DNA from: an uncultured Clostridium sp.
GTDB taxonomy: Bacteria > Bacillota > Clostridia > Oscillospirales > CAG-272
NCBI GenBank assembly: GCA_964463245.1
Contig: CAYXBU010000003.1
Location: forward strand, 1-43,776
DNA length: 43,776 bases
Reading direction: 5' to 3'
A program made the translations under genes and the position numbers. A model generated the notes under the pieces. The model did not search any database. It was given only the letters and a program-made list of their open reading frames with translations, and was not told the origin of the DNA. Position 1 is the first letter of the stretch. Every line of letters begins with the position of its first letter. Positions 26,496 to 34,422 of this stretch are shown one piece after another.

Positions 26496-28634
26496 ATGGA
26501 ACAACTACGCTGTACCTACTGCGGCGGTCTACTGCAGGATCGCGGAGACTTCTACATATGTGAAAGCTGTCGCACCAAGATCAAAAAGAGTGCCATGGAA
26601 CGCTTGTCGGATCAGGATATTTTCGACCTGAACGCCGCCAGACGGCTCAAGGATGGCTTCCGTTTTGACGAGGCGCAGGAGGCCTATGACGAGGTGCTCC
26701 GCCGCAACCCGGACTGCGAGGAGGCGGCGTGGGGCGCGTTTCTGACCGAATACGGTATCGAGTATCAGGTCGAGGAGCAGAAGCCGACCTTCCACGCGCT
26801 GTCCGCCGTGCCGGTCTACAAGAGCCGCTACTATGACAGACTGTCCCCCGAGCACCAGCACGAGGCAGACGAAGCCATCGAGTTCAAGCGGCGGGAGGTC
26901 ATGCGGGGGGTGGAGACCCTGCCGTCCTATGATGTCTTCCTGTCCCTCAAGATCGACGGAGAGGATGGCCGCAGGACACCGGAGTACGAGTGGGGAATGC
27001 AACTGTACTACGATCTGCGAGAGATGGGCTACAAGGTCTTCTTCTCGCCGCAGGTGCTCAAGACCACCAACTCCGATTGGGAACCGTACATTTATCGCGC
27101 CATTCAGACCTGTCGGATCATGCTGGTCTTGACCTCGTCCATCGACAACACCAACGCCCCCTGGGTGCGTAACGAGTGGCGACGGATCCTGTCCCGCATC
27201 AAGAACGCCCCGCAGGGGGAGCAACCGCCCGCCTACCGCGTGATCGCCTCGGACATGAACTGTGTGCCGCCCCAGCTGAGCGGGAAACAGGTGCTGCTCC
27301 ACGGCGACTACCACCTGCGGGAGCTGATAGAAGGTGCGGTCGGAGAGGCGTGTGCCGCCCCCGAGGAGGCGGCAAGCCCGGCCGCAGGGCTCATTCAGGT
27401 GCCGCAGAGCGTACGAAGCATCAAGAACATCCAGCTGATCAAGGAGCTGTTGCGGGACGCGGGCTTTACCAACATCCGAGATTTCCCTCTTCATGACATG
27501 GACGGGACGGACGGGTACCCTTGGGAAGAGGGGGCATTGGCGTCCATCATGGTGGCAGGAGAGGACTACAACTTTGACGGGAATGCGAAATATTTCGACC
27601 CGGGGACACCGGTTCTCATAACCTATCACTGCGTGTCAGAGGAGGCGGTGGCGGAGCAAAAAGCCCGTGAGGAAGCCGAGCGCAAGGCGCGTGAGGAGGC
27701 CGAGCAAAAGCGCAAGCAGGAGCAGGCAGAGCAAAATCCTGCGGAATGGTTCAGATTAGGCCTAAATGCGTACAACCTAAAGAATTACGCAGAGGCCGTC
27801 AAATGGTTCCGCAAGGCGGCGGAGCAAGGGGACGCAGATGCGCAATTTAATCTCGCTGTGTGCTATGAAAACGGAGAAGGCGTTAGGCAAGACTTCGCGG
27901 AAGCCGTCAAATGGTACTGCAAGGCGGCGGAGCAAGGGAATGCTGCAGCGCAGAACAATCTCGGTGAATGCTATTATTATGGTCGCAGCGTTGCGCAGGA
28001 CTATGCAGAGGCGGTCAAATGGTACAGCATGGCTGCCGAGCAAGGGAACGCCAGTGCGCAATTTAATCTCGCCCTGTGCTATTTAAACGGTAAAGGCGTT
28101 AAGCAAGACAACGCGGAGGCGGTCAAATGGTTCCGCAAGGCGGCGGAGCAAGGGGACGCCGGTGCGCAATTTAATCTCGCCTTGTGCTATGAAGACGGAG
28201 AAGGCGTTAGGCAAGACAACGCGGAGGCCGTCAAATGGTACCTCAAGGCGGCGGAGCAGGGGGACGCCAGGGCGCAATTTAATCTCGCCTGGTGCTATGT
28301 AAACGGAAAAGGCGTTAGGCAAGACAACGAAGAGGCCGTCAAATGGTACCGCAAGGCGGCGGAGCAGGGGCACGCCGGTGCGCAGAATAATCTCGGCTTT
28401 CGCTATAGAAACGGTAAAGGCGTTAAGCAAGACAACGCGGAGGCCGTCAAATGGTACCGCAAGGCGGCGGAGCAGGGGCACGCAGATGCGCAGAATAATC
28501 TCGGCTTTTGCTATGAAAACGGTAAAGGCGTTAGGCAAGACAACGCGGAGGCCGTCAAATGGTTCCGCAAGGCGGCGGAGCAAGGAAACACCCTTGCTCA
28601 AGCAAATCTGAGAAGGCTGGGATTCAAGTTCTAA
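26496..28634 (+). CDS. Zn-ribbon/TPR/TIR-domain protein with C-terminal SEL1-like repeats
   Basis: CTYCGG...CESC ribbon and TPR-like helices. TIR motifs YDVFLS, GYKVFFS, EPYIY.AI and WVRNEW. Coiled coil EQKAREEAE. Eight SLRs of the form AQ.NL..CY..G.GV.QD..EAVKW..KAAEQG. Confidence 0.88.
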   Translation: MEQLRCTYCGGLLQDRGDFYICESCRTKIKKSAMERLSDQDIFDLNAARRLKDGFRFDEAQEAYDEVLRRNPDCEEAAWGAFLTEYGIEYQVEEQKPTFHALSAVPVYKSRYYDRLSPEHQHEADEAIEFKRREVMRGVETLPSYDVFLSLKIDGEDGRRTPEYEWGMQLYYDLREMGYKVFFSPQVLKTTNSDWEPYIYRAIQTCRIMLVLTSSIDNTNAPWVRNEWRRILSRIKNAPQGEQPPAYRVIASDMNCVPPQLSGKQVLLHGDYHLRELIEGAVGEACAAPEEAASPAAGLIQVPQSVRSIKNIQLIKELLRDAGFTNIRDFPLHDMDGTDGYPWEEGALASIMVAGEDYNFDGNAKYFDPGTPVLITYHCVSEEAVAEQKAREEAERKAREEAEQKRKQEQAEQNPAEWFRLGLNAYNLKNYAEAVKWFRKAAEQGDADAQFNLAVCYENGEGVRQDFAEAVKWYCKAAEQGNAAAQNNLGECYYYGRSVAQDYAEAVKWYSMAAEQGNASAQFNLALCYLNGKGVKQDNAEAVKWFRKAAEQGDAGAQFNLALCYEDGEGVRQDNAEAVKWYLKAAEQGDARAQFNLAWCYVNGKGVRQDNEEAVKWYRKAAEQGHAGAQNNLGFRYRNGKGVKQDNAEAVKWYRKAAEQGHADAQNNLGFCYENGKGVRQDNAEAVKWFRKAAEQGNTLAQANLRRLGFKF
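27790..28588 (+). repeat. 108-bp tandem repeats encoding SEL1-like repeats
   Basis: Seven full near-identical units plus a partial first unit, each containing gaggc(c/g)gtcaaatggt.ccgcaaggcggcggagca.ggg. Confidence 0.92.
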
Positions 28635-28664
28635 TCCAGCCCGTATACCCCCCAAAAAGCCCAA

Positions 28665-28702
28665 AACCACCGCCCCGACGGTCATCCCTCGGCGCGGTGG
28701 TT
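28665..28702. terminator. Hairpin between the convergent TIR and ARH genes
   Basis: Inverted repeat aaccaccgc...gcggtggtt. Confidence 0.6.
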
Positions 28703-28722
28703 CTCTGTTTGCATATTATGTA

Positions 28723-29526
28723 TTACCTATTTTCCTTCGGGTACAGCCTTGTCGCATAAGCCAAGAACAGGCGGCTCAGGCGGTCATCCAGACAGGCAAT
28801 GCCCTGCTTCTGGATGTCGGCGGGAATGCCGTAGTAGGCCTCCGCGATGGCTCCCGCGATACAGGCCTGCGTATCCGCATCCCCCCCCAGCGAGACCGCG
28901 TTGCGGATGGCGTCCTCATACCCCGTGGACTCCAAAAAGGACACGATGGCCTGCGGAACGCTCCCCGGGCAGGTCGCATCAAAGCGGTAGGCCGAGCGGA
29001 TCTTGTCCAGACGGAACTCCATCGGGTAGTAGTAGGAGGCGATATGCCCCCGAATGCGCTTCTTGTCGTGGGTAGTACGCGCCAGGTAGACCGCCGCCGC
29101 GACCGCCTGCGCCCCGCGAATGCCGTCGGGGTGGTCATGGGTCACCTCGGCACTCCAACGCGCCAGGCGTTCGGCCTCCTCCAGGGTCTGTGCGCGCCAG
29201 CCGATCGGCGAGACCCGCATGGCCGAGCCGTTGCCGTAGCTGTGGTAGGAGACACCGTCCCCCTCCTCCAGCCAGCGGACGAACCGCTTGCCGTAGCCCG
29301 CATCGGGGTACTCTCGCCCCAGGAGCCGCATGAACTTGACCAGATCCCGCTTGTAGCGTTCCTCATCGGTGCAATCCGAGGCCGCCGTGACCAGTCCCAC
29401 CGCGACCGTCATGATGGTGTCATCCGTCGGATGACAGCCGGGGGAGAACAGGGGAAATTCCTTGGTCTTAATCGGTTCAAATTCGTAGACCGACCCGATG
29501 ATATCTCCAATGATCGCGCCAAGCAT
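28723..29526 (-). CDS. ADP-ribosylglycohydrolase (single-domain DraG/Tri1-like)
   Basis: MLGAIIGDIIGS.YEF, TDDT, SYGNGSAMRVSP, VTH.HP and GGDADT motifs. Confidence 0.92.
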   Translation of the reverse strand: MLGAIIGDIIGSVYEFEPIKTKEFPLFSPGCHPTDDTIMTVAVGLVTAASDCTDEERYKRDLVKFMRLLGREYPDAGYGKRFVRWLEEGDGVSYHSYGNGSAMRVSPIGWRAQTLEEAERLARWSAEVTHDHPDGIRGAQAVAAAVYLARTTHDKKRIRGHIASYYYPMEFRLDKIRSAYRFDATCPGSVPQAIVSFLESTGYEDAIRNAVSLGGDADTQACIAGAIAEAYYGIPADIQKQGIACLDDRLSRLFLAYATRLYPKENR

Positions 29527-29597
29527 AGTATCCCCTCCGTTTCATACAGCCCGACGGCGGAGCCGCCGTATCCGGGCGAATTCGACCTTCTGTCTGT

Positions 29598-29626
29598 ATT
29601 ATACCATACTTTTTCCCAAAAGTCAA
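29598..29626 (-). promoter_or_regulatory. Sigma-A promoter of the ARH gene
   Basis: Minus strand TTGACT-17 nt-TATAAT with extended TG. Confidence 0.75.
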
Positions 29627-29694
29627 ACGAATTTACGAAAAAAATTTACAATAGTTTCAAGAGATCCTCTGCCAAATTCCCCTTGCAAAGGATC

Positions 29695-29722
29695 GGCGGG
29701 CGGCTCCTCGGAGCAGCCCGCC
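29695..29722 (-). terminator. Hairpin downstream of proC
   Basis: ggcgggc.gctcc/ggagc.gcccgcc stem. The U tract is weak. Confidence 0.5.
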
Positions 29723-29730
29723 TGTCACAC

Positions 29731-30534
29731 TTACTTTTTGACCGTCTTCTCGTACGCGGCGCGGACAGCCTCGACCGCCGCACTGCGGAAGGCGCTCCGC
29801 TCCAGCGCGGCGACTCCCTCGATGGTGGTCCCGCCGGGACTGCAGACAGCATCCTTGAGCGCACCGGGGTGCTTCCCGCTCTCCAGCACCATCTCGGCAC
29901 TGCCGCGCAGCATGGCGGCGGCGTACCGCTGGGCACTTGCGCGGGGGACACCGCAGGCGACCGCCCCGTCTGCCAGAGCCTCGATGAACATATAAGCGAA
30001 GGCGGGACCGCACCCGGTCAGGGTTCCGGCGGCATCGATCAGCCCCTCGGGCAGCTCGTCGATCAGCCCGGCACCGCCCAGCCTATCGCAAAACAGTGCC
30101 ACATCCTCCTCCGACACGCGGGCATTATGCGCGTACAGGATAATACCCTCCCCCACCGCGCAGGGGGTGTTGGGCAGGATGCGGATGATGCGTCGATCCG
30201 CACCGAACAGCTCCTCCAGCCGCGCTATGCTGACCCCCGCCAGCATGGACACCAGCACGGTGTCCTCGGACACCGACGGTGCTATCTCCGCCGCCAGCTC
30301 GGTGATCATACCCGGCTTGACACCGAGGAAGAGCAGGCGGCTGTCCCGCGCCAGCTCGGAGTTGCTCGCGGCGGTGGCACAGCCCAGCCGTCGGGCGGCC
30401 TCCTGTGTTTCGGGCAGAGTGCGGCAGATCACCGCGACCCCCTCCGCCGTGTGGCGGCGGCAGACCGCCTCGGCCAGCGTACCGCCCATGTTTCCGGCTC
30501 CGATAAAGCCTGTGATATAGCGAAAATCCTTCAT
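29731..30534 (-). CDS. proC: Pyrroline-5-carboxylate reductase
   Basis: GFIGAGNMG, GVKP, RILPNTP, GCGPAF and CSPGGTTI motifs. Start is ATG 30534 or GTG 30546. Confidence 0.95.
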   Translation of the reverse strand: MKDFRYITGFIGAGNMGGTLAEAVCRRHTAEGVAVICRTLPETQEAARRLGCATAASNSELARDSRLLFLGVKPGMITELAAEIAPSVSEDTVLVSMLAGVSIARLEELFGADRRIIRILPNTPCAVGEGIILYAHNARVSEEDVALFCDRLGGAGLIDELPEGLIDAAGTLTGCGPAFAYMFIEALADGAVACGVPRASAQRYAAAMLRGSAEMVLESGKHPGALKDAVCSPGGTTIEGVAALERSAFRSAAVEAVRAAYEKTVKK

Positions 30535-30576
30535 AAGGTCAAGCACCTCTCCTTCGCCTCGGGTCGCGTGCCGCGC

Positions 30577-31875
30577 TCAGCGCACCTGCCCGTTCCCGGT
30601 AATGATGTATTTGTAGGTAGTCAGCTCGCAAAGCCCCATGGGGCCGCGCGCGTGGAGCTTCTGGGTGGAGATCCCCATCTCACAGCCCAGCCCGAACTCC
30701 CCGCCGTCGGTAAACCGCGTGGACACGTTGACATACACAGCGGCACTGTCCACTGCCGTGGTGAATCGCGCGGCGGTGTCGGCATCCTCGGTCAGGATGC
30801 ACTCACTGTGCCCGGTGGAATGCGCCGCGATATGCGAGATGGCCTCCTCGACCGAGTCCACCACCCGCACGGCCAGCACATAGTCCAAAAATTCCGTATC
30901 AAAATCCCGCTCGCCTGCCGCCGTGCCGGGGATGATCTCCCCCGCTTTCCTGTCCAGCCGCAGCTCGACCGGGGTCAGTCCCTGTGCGGCGCGGTCATCC
31001 ACCAGTGCTTGTCGGAGCAGGGGCAGGAACTTATCCGCCACGTCGCGGTGGACAAGGCAGACCTCCGCCGCGTTGCAGACCGACGGACGGGAGGTCTTGG
31101 CGTTGACCAATATCCGCACCGCCATCTGCAGGTCGGCCGCACGGTCTACATACACATGGCAGATTCCGGTGCCCGTCTGGATGCAGGGCACCGTCGCGTT
31201 CTCGACACAGGCGCGGATCAACCCGGCTCCGCCGCGCGGGATGAGCAGGTCGACCAGCCCGTCTGCCGTCATCAGCTCGGTCGCACCGGCGCGGTCGGTG
31301 TCCTCCACCAGCGCGATGCAGTCGGGCGAGACCTCCGTGCATCCTGCCGGGCATCCTGCCGGGCATCCTGCCGCGCAGAAGCCCTCCCGCAGAGCCTCGA
31401 TAATGGCCGTGCAGGTCGCGTGTGCCTCCCGCCCGCACCGCAGGACACAGGCGTTGCCGCTCATCAGAGCCAGCGCGACGGCATCCGAGGTGACATTGGG
31501 GCGGCTCTCGTATATGATGGCGATCAGCCCGAAGGGCACCCGCACGCGGCATATGGTCATGCCGTTGGGGCGAGTGATCTCCGAGATGACCTCCCCGACG
31601 GGATCGGGAAGGCTTGCCACCTCCCGCATTCCCCGCGCCATCCCGTCAATGCGGGACTCGGTCAGGAGGAGGCGATCGGCCATGACCGCCGATACCGTCC
31701 CGCTCGCCGCCTCCATGTCCCGGCGGTTGGCGGCCAGTATGTCGGCTGTATGGGCAAGCAGGCTGTCTGCCATAGCATTCAGCAGGCTACTCTTCTGCGC
31801 GGTGCTCAGGAGCGCGACACCTCCTGCCGCCCGCTTGGCCTTGACCAGAATATCATGTGTGCTCTGCATCTTCAC
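30577..31875 (-). CDS. proA: Gamma-glutamyl phosphate reductase
   Basis: IIYESRPNVT, IPRGG, SVCNAAE, NVSTRFTDG.EFGLG.E.GISTQKLHARGPMG. Confidence 0.96.
   Translation of the reverse strand: MKMQSTHDILVKAKRAAGGVALLSTAQKSSLLNAMADSLLAHTADILAANRRDMEAASGTVSAVMADRLLLTESRIDGMARGMREVASLPDPVGEVISEITRPNGMTICRVRVPFGLIAIIYESRPNVTSDAVALALMSGNACVLRCGREAHATCTAIIEALREGFCAAGCPAGCPAGCTEVSPDCIALVEDTDRAGATELMTADGLVDLLIPRGGAGLIRACVENATVPCIQTGTGICHVYVDRAADLQMAVRILVNAKTSRPSVCNAAEVCLVHRDVADKFLPLLRQALVDDRAAQGLTPVELRLDRKAGEIIPGTAAGERDFDTEFLDYVLAVRVVDSVEEAISHIAAHSTGHSECILTEDADTAARFTTAVDSAAVYVNVSTRFTDGGEFGLGCEMGISTQKLHARGPMGLCELTTYKYIITGNGQVR
31339..31374. repeat. 12-bp tandem repeat (3 copies) inside proA
   Basis: gcatcctgccgg x3 (last copy has one mismatch), encoding AAGC-PAGC-PAGC. 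Confidence 0.85.
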
Positions 31876-32654
31876 ACCTCCTGTGCCGAGTGCGGTGCCA
31901 CGAAACGGGTGCCCACCGACCGTCCCTCGGCGATATCGTACAGTAAGAGGGGCTTCTGCCCGTTGGCGATGACCATGTCCACCCCCGCCTCCCCGGCGAT
32001 CTGCGCCGCGCGGAGCTTGGTCACCATGCCGCCCGTGCCCAGCGCGGTGCCCTTCCCGCCCGCTAAGGACAGGATATGCTCGTCCAGCCGTTCCACGATC
32101 GGGATGAGCTTGGCGTCGGGATTCTTGTGGGGGTCGGCATCGTACAGGCCGTCGATGTCGGACAGGAGCACCAGCAGGTCGGCGTGTACGCTGGCCGCCA
32201 CGGTGGCCGAGAGGGTATCGTTATCCCCGATGACGATCTCCTCGGTGGAGATGGTGTCATTCTCGTTGATGACGGGGAGGATATGGAAGGCCAGCAACCG
32301 CTCCAGCGTGTTGTGGAAGTTCTCCTTGCGGGTGGGGTCTTCGATGTCGGGGGCGGTGATGAGCAGCTGTGCTACCGTGTGGCTGTAGGCGGCGAACAGA
32401 CGGTCGTAGGTGTCCATCAGCTCGCACTGCCCAACGGCGGCGGCGGCTTGCTTGGTCGGCATATCCGAGGGGCGGGCGGGCAGGTTCAGCTTGCCCACGC
32501 CCATGGCGATGGCACCGGAGGAGACCAGAATGATCTCGTGTCCGGCGTTCTTCAGGTCACTGATGACCCGACACAGCTCCTCCATGCGGCGGATATTCAC
32601 CCGCCCGGTAGAGTGTGTAAGGGTGGAGGTTCCGATCTTGATGACGATCCTCAT
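31872..32654 (-). CDS. proB: Glutamate 5-kinase (short form without PUA domain)
   Basis: IVIKIGTSTL, VSSGAI, AAAVGQ, INENDT, GDND.LSA and GTGGM.TK motifs. Confidence 0.95.
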   Translation of the reverse strand: MRIVIKIGTSTLTHSTGRVNIRRMEELCRVISDLKNAGHEIILVSSGAIAMGVGKLNLPARPSDMPTKQAAAAVGQCELMDTYDRLFAAYSHTVAQLLITAPDIEDPTRKENFHNTLERLLAFHILPVINENDTISTEEIVIGDNDTLSATVAASVHADLLVLLSDIDGLYDADPHKNPDAKLIPIVERLDEHILSLAGGKGTALGTGGMVTKLRAAQIAGEAGVDMVIANGQKPLLLYDIAEGRSVGTRFVAPHSAQEV

Positions 32655-32708
32655 GAGTTTGATCCTTCCTTTTCTGATCCTTGGCGGTGGCTCCGTGTCG
32701 GGCACGGC

Positions 32709-33665
32709 TCACGCCTCCTCGGTCTCGGTCTTTTTCACCGGGTCGATCATATACCGCTGAATGACCGGCCACGCGGCGTAGTTGTAAATAAAGGCTATGA
32801 CAGCCGGGGCAAACAGGAACACCGCCACGATGGCTCCCGCCGCGATGTTGATCGCCCCGCAGACGATGACCAGTGCTACGCAGAGTGCCAAGAGCACCAC
32901 GATGCCCAGCAGAGCCATCAGGTTCCGCTTGACCCCCAGCGCGGTGAAGATCAGCGCGTTCTTGAGTATCTTGCGGATGGACATATCAAAGGTGACGAGC
33001 ATGGTGTAGATATAGAACCGCATGATGCACCAGATGATGAACAGTGCCACGATCATGATATACATGAAGTTGGTCAGTCCCGTGGGCGCGGCATTGTAGA
33101 AGTATACGAAGTCAAAGCCCAGCGCGAACATGACGAGGCAGTCCAAGAGCCCCAGAAAGAAGCCCTGCTTGAGGTTGCGGCGGATGGCGTAGACGAAATC
33201 CGAGAGGATGAACACGCCGTCACCTTTGACCAGATTCCGCAGGATGAAGGTGGTACCCACCTTCTGCCAGCCGTAGGTGATCACATGGAACAAGAGGAGT
33301 GCGCCGATGATCCACCAGATATAGCTGTTGTAGGCATCGATCTCCCCCAACCTGGAGAAAAGACTGAAGAGGGTCGTGCCCGTGGGGGTGGGTGCCGCCG
33401 TCTGTGCCCCCAGTAATGTCGGGTACAGCGGAAAATACTGGGCGGGAGCCTTGGGTCCCGACATATAGACGAACACGCAGGCGATGGGGACGAGGTACTG
33501 CACCAGAATGAGCAGATTGACCGACACCAGCTTCCAGAACTTCCGTCCAAACAGCTTGAAGAAATACTTCAAGCCGGGCGTGGTGTCCTCGCCCTTTTCC
33601 ACACCGCGCCCGTCCCGCATGGGATCCAACAGGCGCAAGCGACCCTTCTTTTTCTTGGCACTCAT
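32709..33665 (-). CDS. DUF624/YesL-like membrane protein
   Basis: FFKLF.RKFWKL..VNL, SDF..AIRRN.KQ and FDMSIRKILKNALIF. Multiple TM segments. Confidence 0.7.
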   Translation of the reverse strand: MSAKKKKGRLRLLDPMRDGRGVEKGEDTTPGLKYFFKLFGRKFWKLVSVNLLILVQYLVPIACVFVYMSGPKAPAQYFPLYPTLLGAQTAAPTPTGTTLFSLFSRLGEIDAYNSYIWWIIGALLLFHVITYGWQKVGTTFILRNLVKGDGVFILSDFVYAIRRNLKQGFFLGLLDCLVMFALGFDFVYFYNAAPTGLTNFMYIMIVALFIIWCIMRFYIYTMLVTFDMSIRKILKNALIFTALGVKRNLMALLGIVVLLALCVALVIVCGAINIAAGAIVAVFLFAPAVIAFIYNYAAWPVIQRYMIDPVKKTETEEA

Positions 33666-33713
33666 AGTTTTCCAAAACCAACCTTTTTTCAGAATCTTGT
33701 CCGCCGTGCGGAG

Positions 33714-34343
33714 TCAACAGGAAACGATGTAAGAGGTCCATGTATACAGCCCGACCGTCACGGCTCCCGCCGCGCCGACCCCCAGCCAGCCGGTCAGATG
33801 CCGCCGCATGAGGGGGGACAGCCCGCGCTGTCCGGGCAGGTGTTGCATGGTCGGATCGGCGACAGCCGCCGCCGTCGCGCGGCAGTGGAGCGACAGGAAC
33901 AGGCGGAGCAGTAAGCAGACCGCCACCCGCGCCCACACCGTCGGGGCGGACACCCGACACAGGCTCAGGGCACCCAGCGCGGCTCCCTCGCACAGACTGC
34001 CGAGCAGGATGGTCATCCCGCACAGCCCTCCCCCGCAACAGCACAGCCCCGCCAGTCCGAACAGGAGCCAGCCGGGGAGCAAGGAGAGCGCGACCCGCAA
34101 CCAGAACAGGAGTGGATGCAGACCCGCCTGCGGCAGGTGTGCCGCCAACAGCTCCGCCGCCGTGTCGACGGGGAGCGAGGCGCGGCTGAGGAGCCACCCG
34201 CCGAGCAATCCCGCGACCGACAGGACAATATCCATGCACAGTGCGGCAGACCATGGGAAGTCCGTCCACCGCCCGAGGGGCGGCGGAGTCGAGGGCGTGT
34301 CCGATGTGCGAACGGGCGGGGCGAGCAGGAATGACAGCTTCAT
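33714..34343 (-). CDS. Membrane protein, possibly a divergent SpoIIM-like sporulation protein
   Basis: About 209 aa with about 5 TM segments, GGAGGT RBS and a near-consensus SigE promoter upstream. The family call is tentative. Confidence 0.55.
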   Translation of the reverse strand: MKLSFLLAPPVRTSDTPSTPPPLGRWTDFPWSAALCMDIVLSVAGLLGGWLLSRASLPVDTAAELLAAHLPQAGLHPLLFWLRVALSLLPGWLLFGLAGLCCCGGGLCGMTILLGSLCEGAALGALSLCRVSAPTVWARVAVCLLLRLFLSLHCRATAAAVADPTMQHLPGQRGLSPLMRRHLTGWLGVGAAGAVTVGLYTWTSYIVSC

Positions 34344-34387
34344 AGGAAATACCTCCGTGTGCGCCGGATGGCGCGGCAGTACGGTAC

Positions 34388-34416
34388 AGCCTATGAGCCG
34401 AGGGGGTCGAATATGA
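34388..34416 (-). promoter_or_regulatory. Sigma-E promoter
   Basis: Minus strand TCATATT-14 nt-CATAGGCT. Confidence 0.75.
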
Positions 34417-34422
34417 CGGAGC

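Noticed and set aside
27790-28588. Regularly spaced repeats resembling a CRISPR array
   Set aside because: The 108-bp period is in frame and encodes SEL1 repeats. There are no unique spacers and no cas genes.
26496-28720. Diversity-generating retroelement acting on the TIR protein
   Set aside because: There is no reverse transcriptase and no non-coding template repeat in the window, and the variation is not obviously adenine-specific.
29044-32388. 1114-aa plus-strand ORF
   Set aside because: It is the antisense shadow of ARH, proC, proA and proB in high-GC DNA, with no recognisable motifs.
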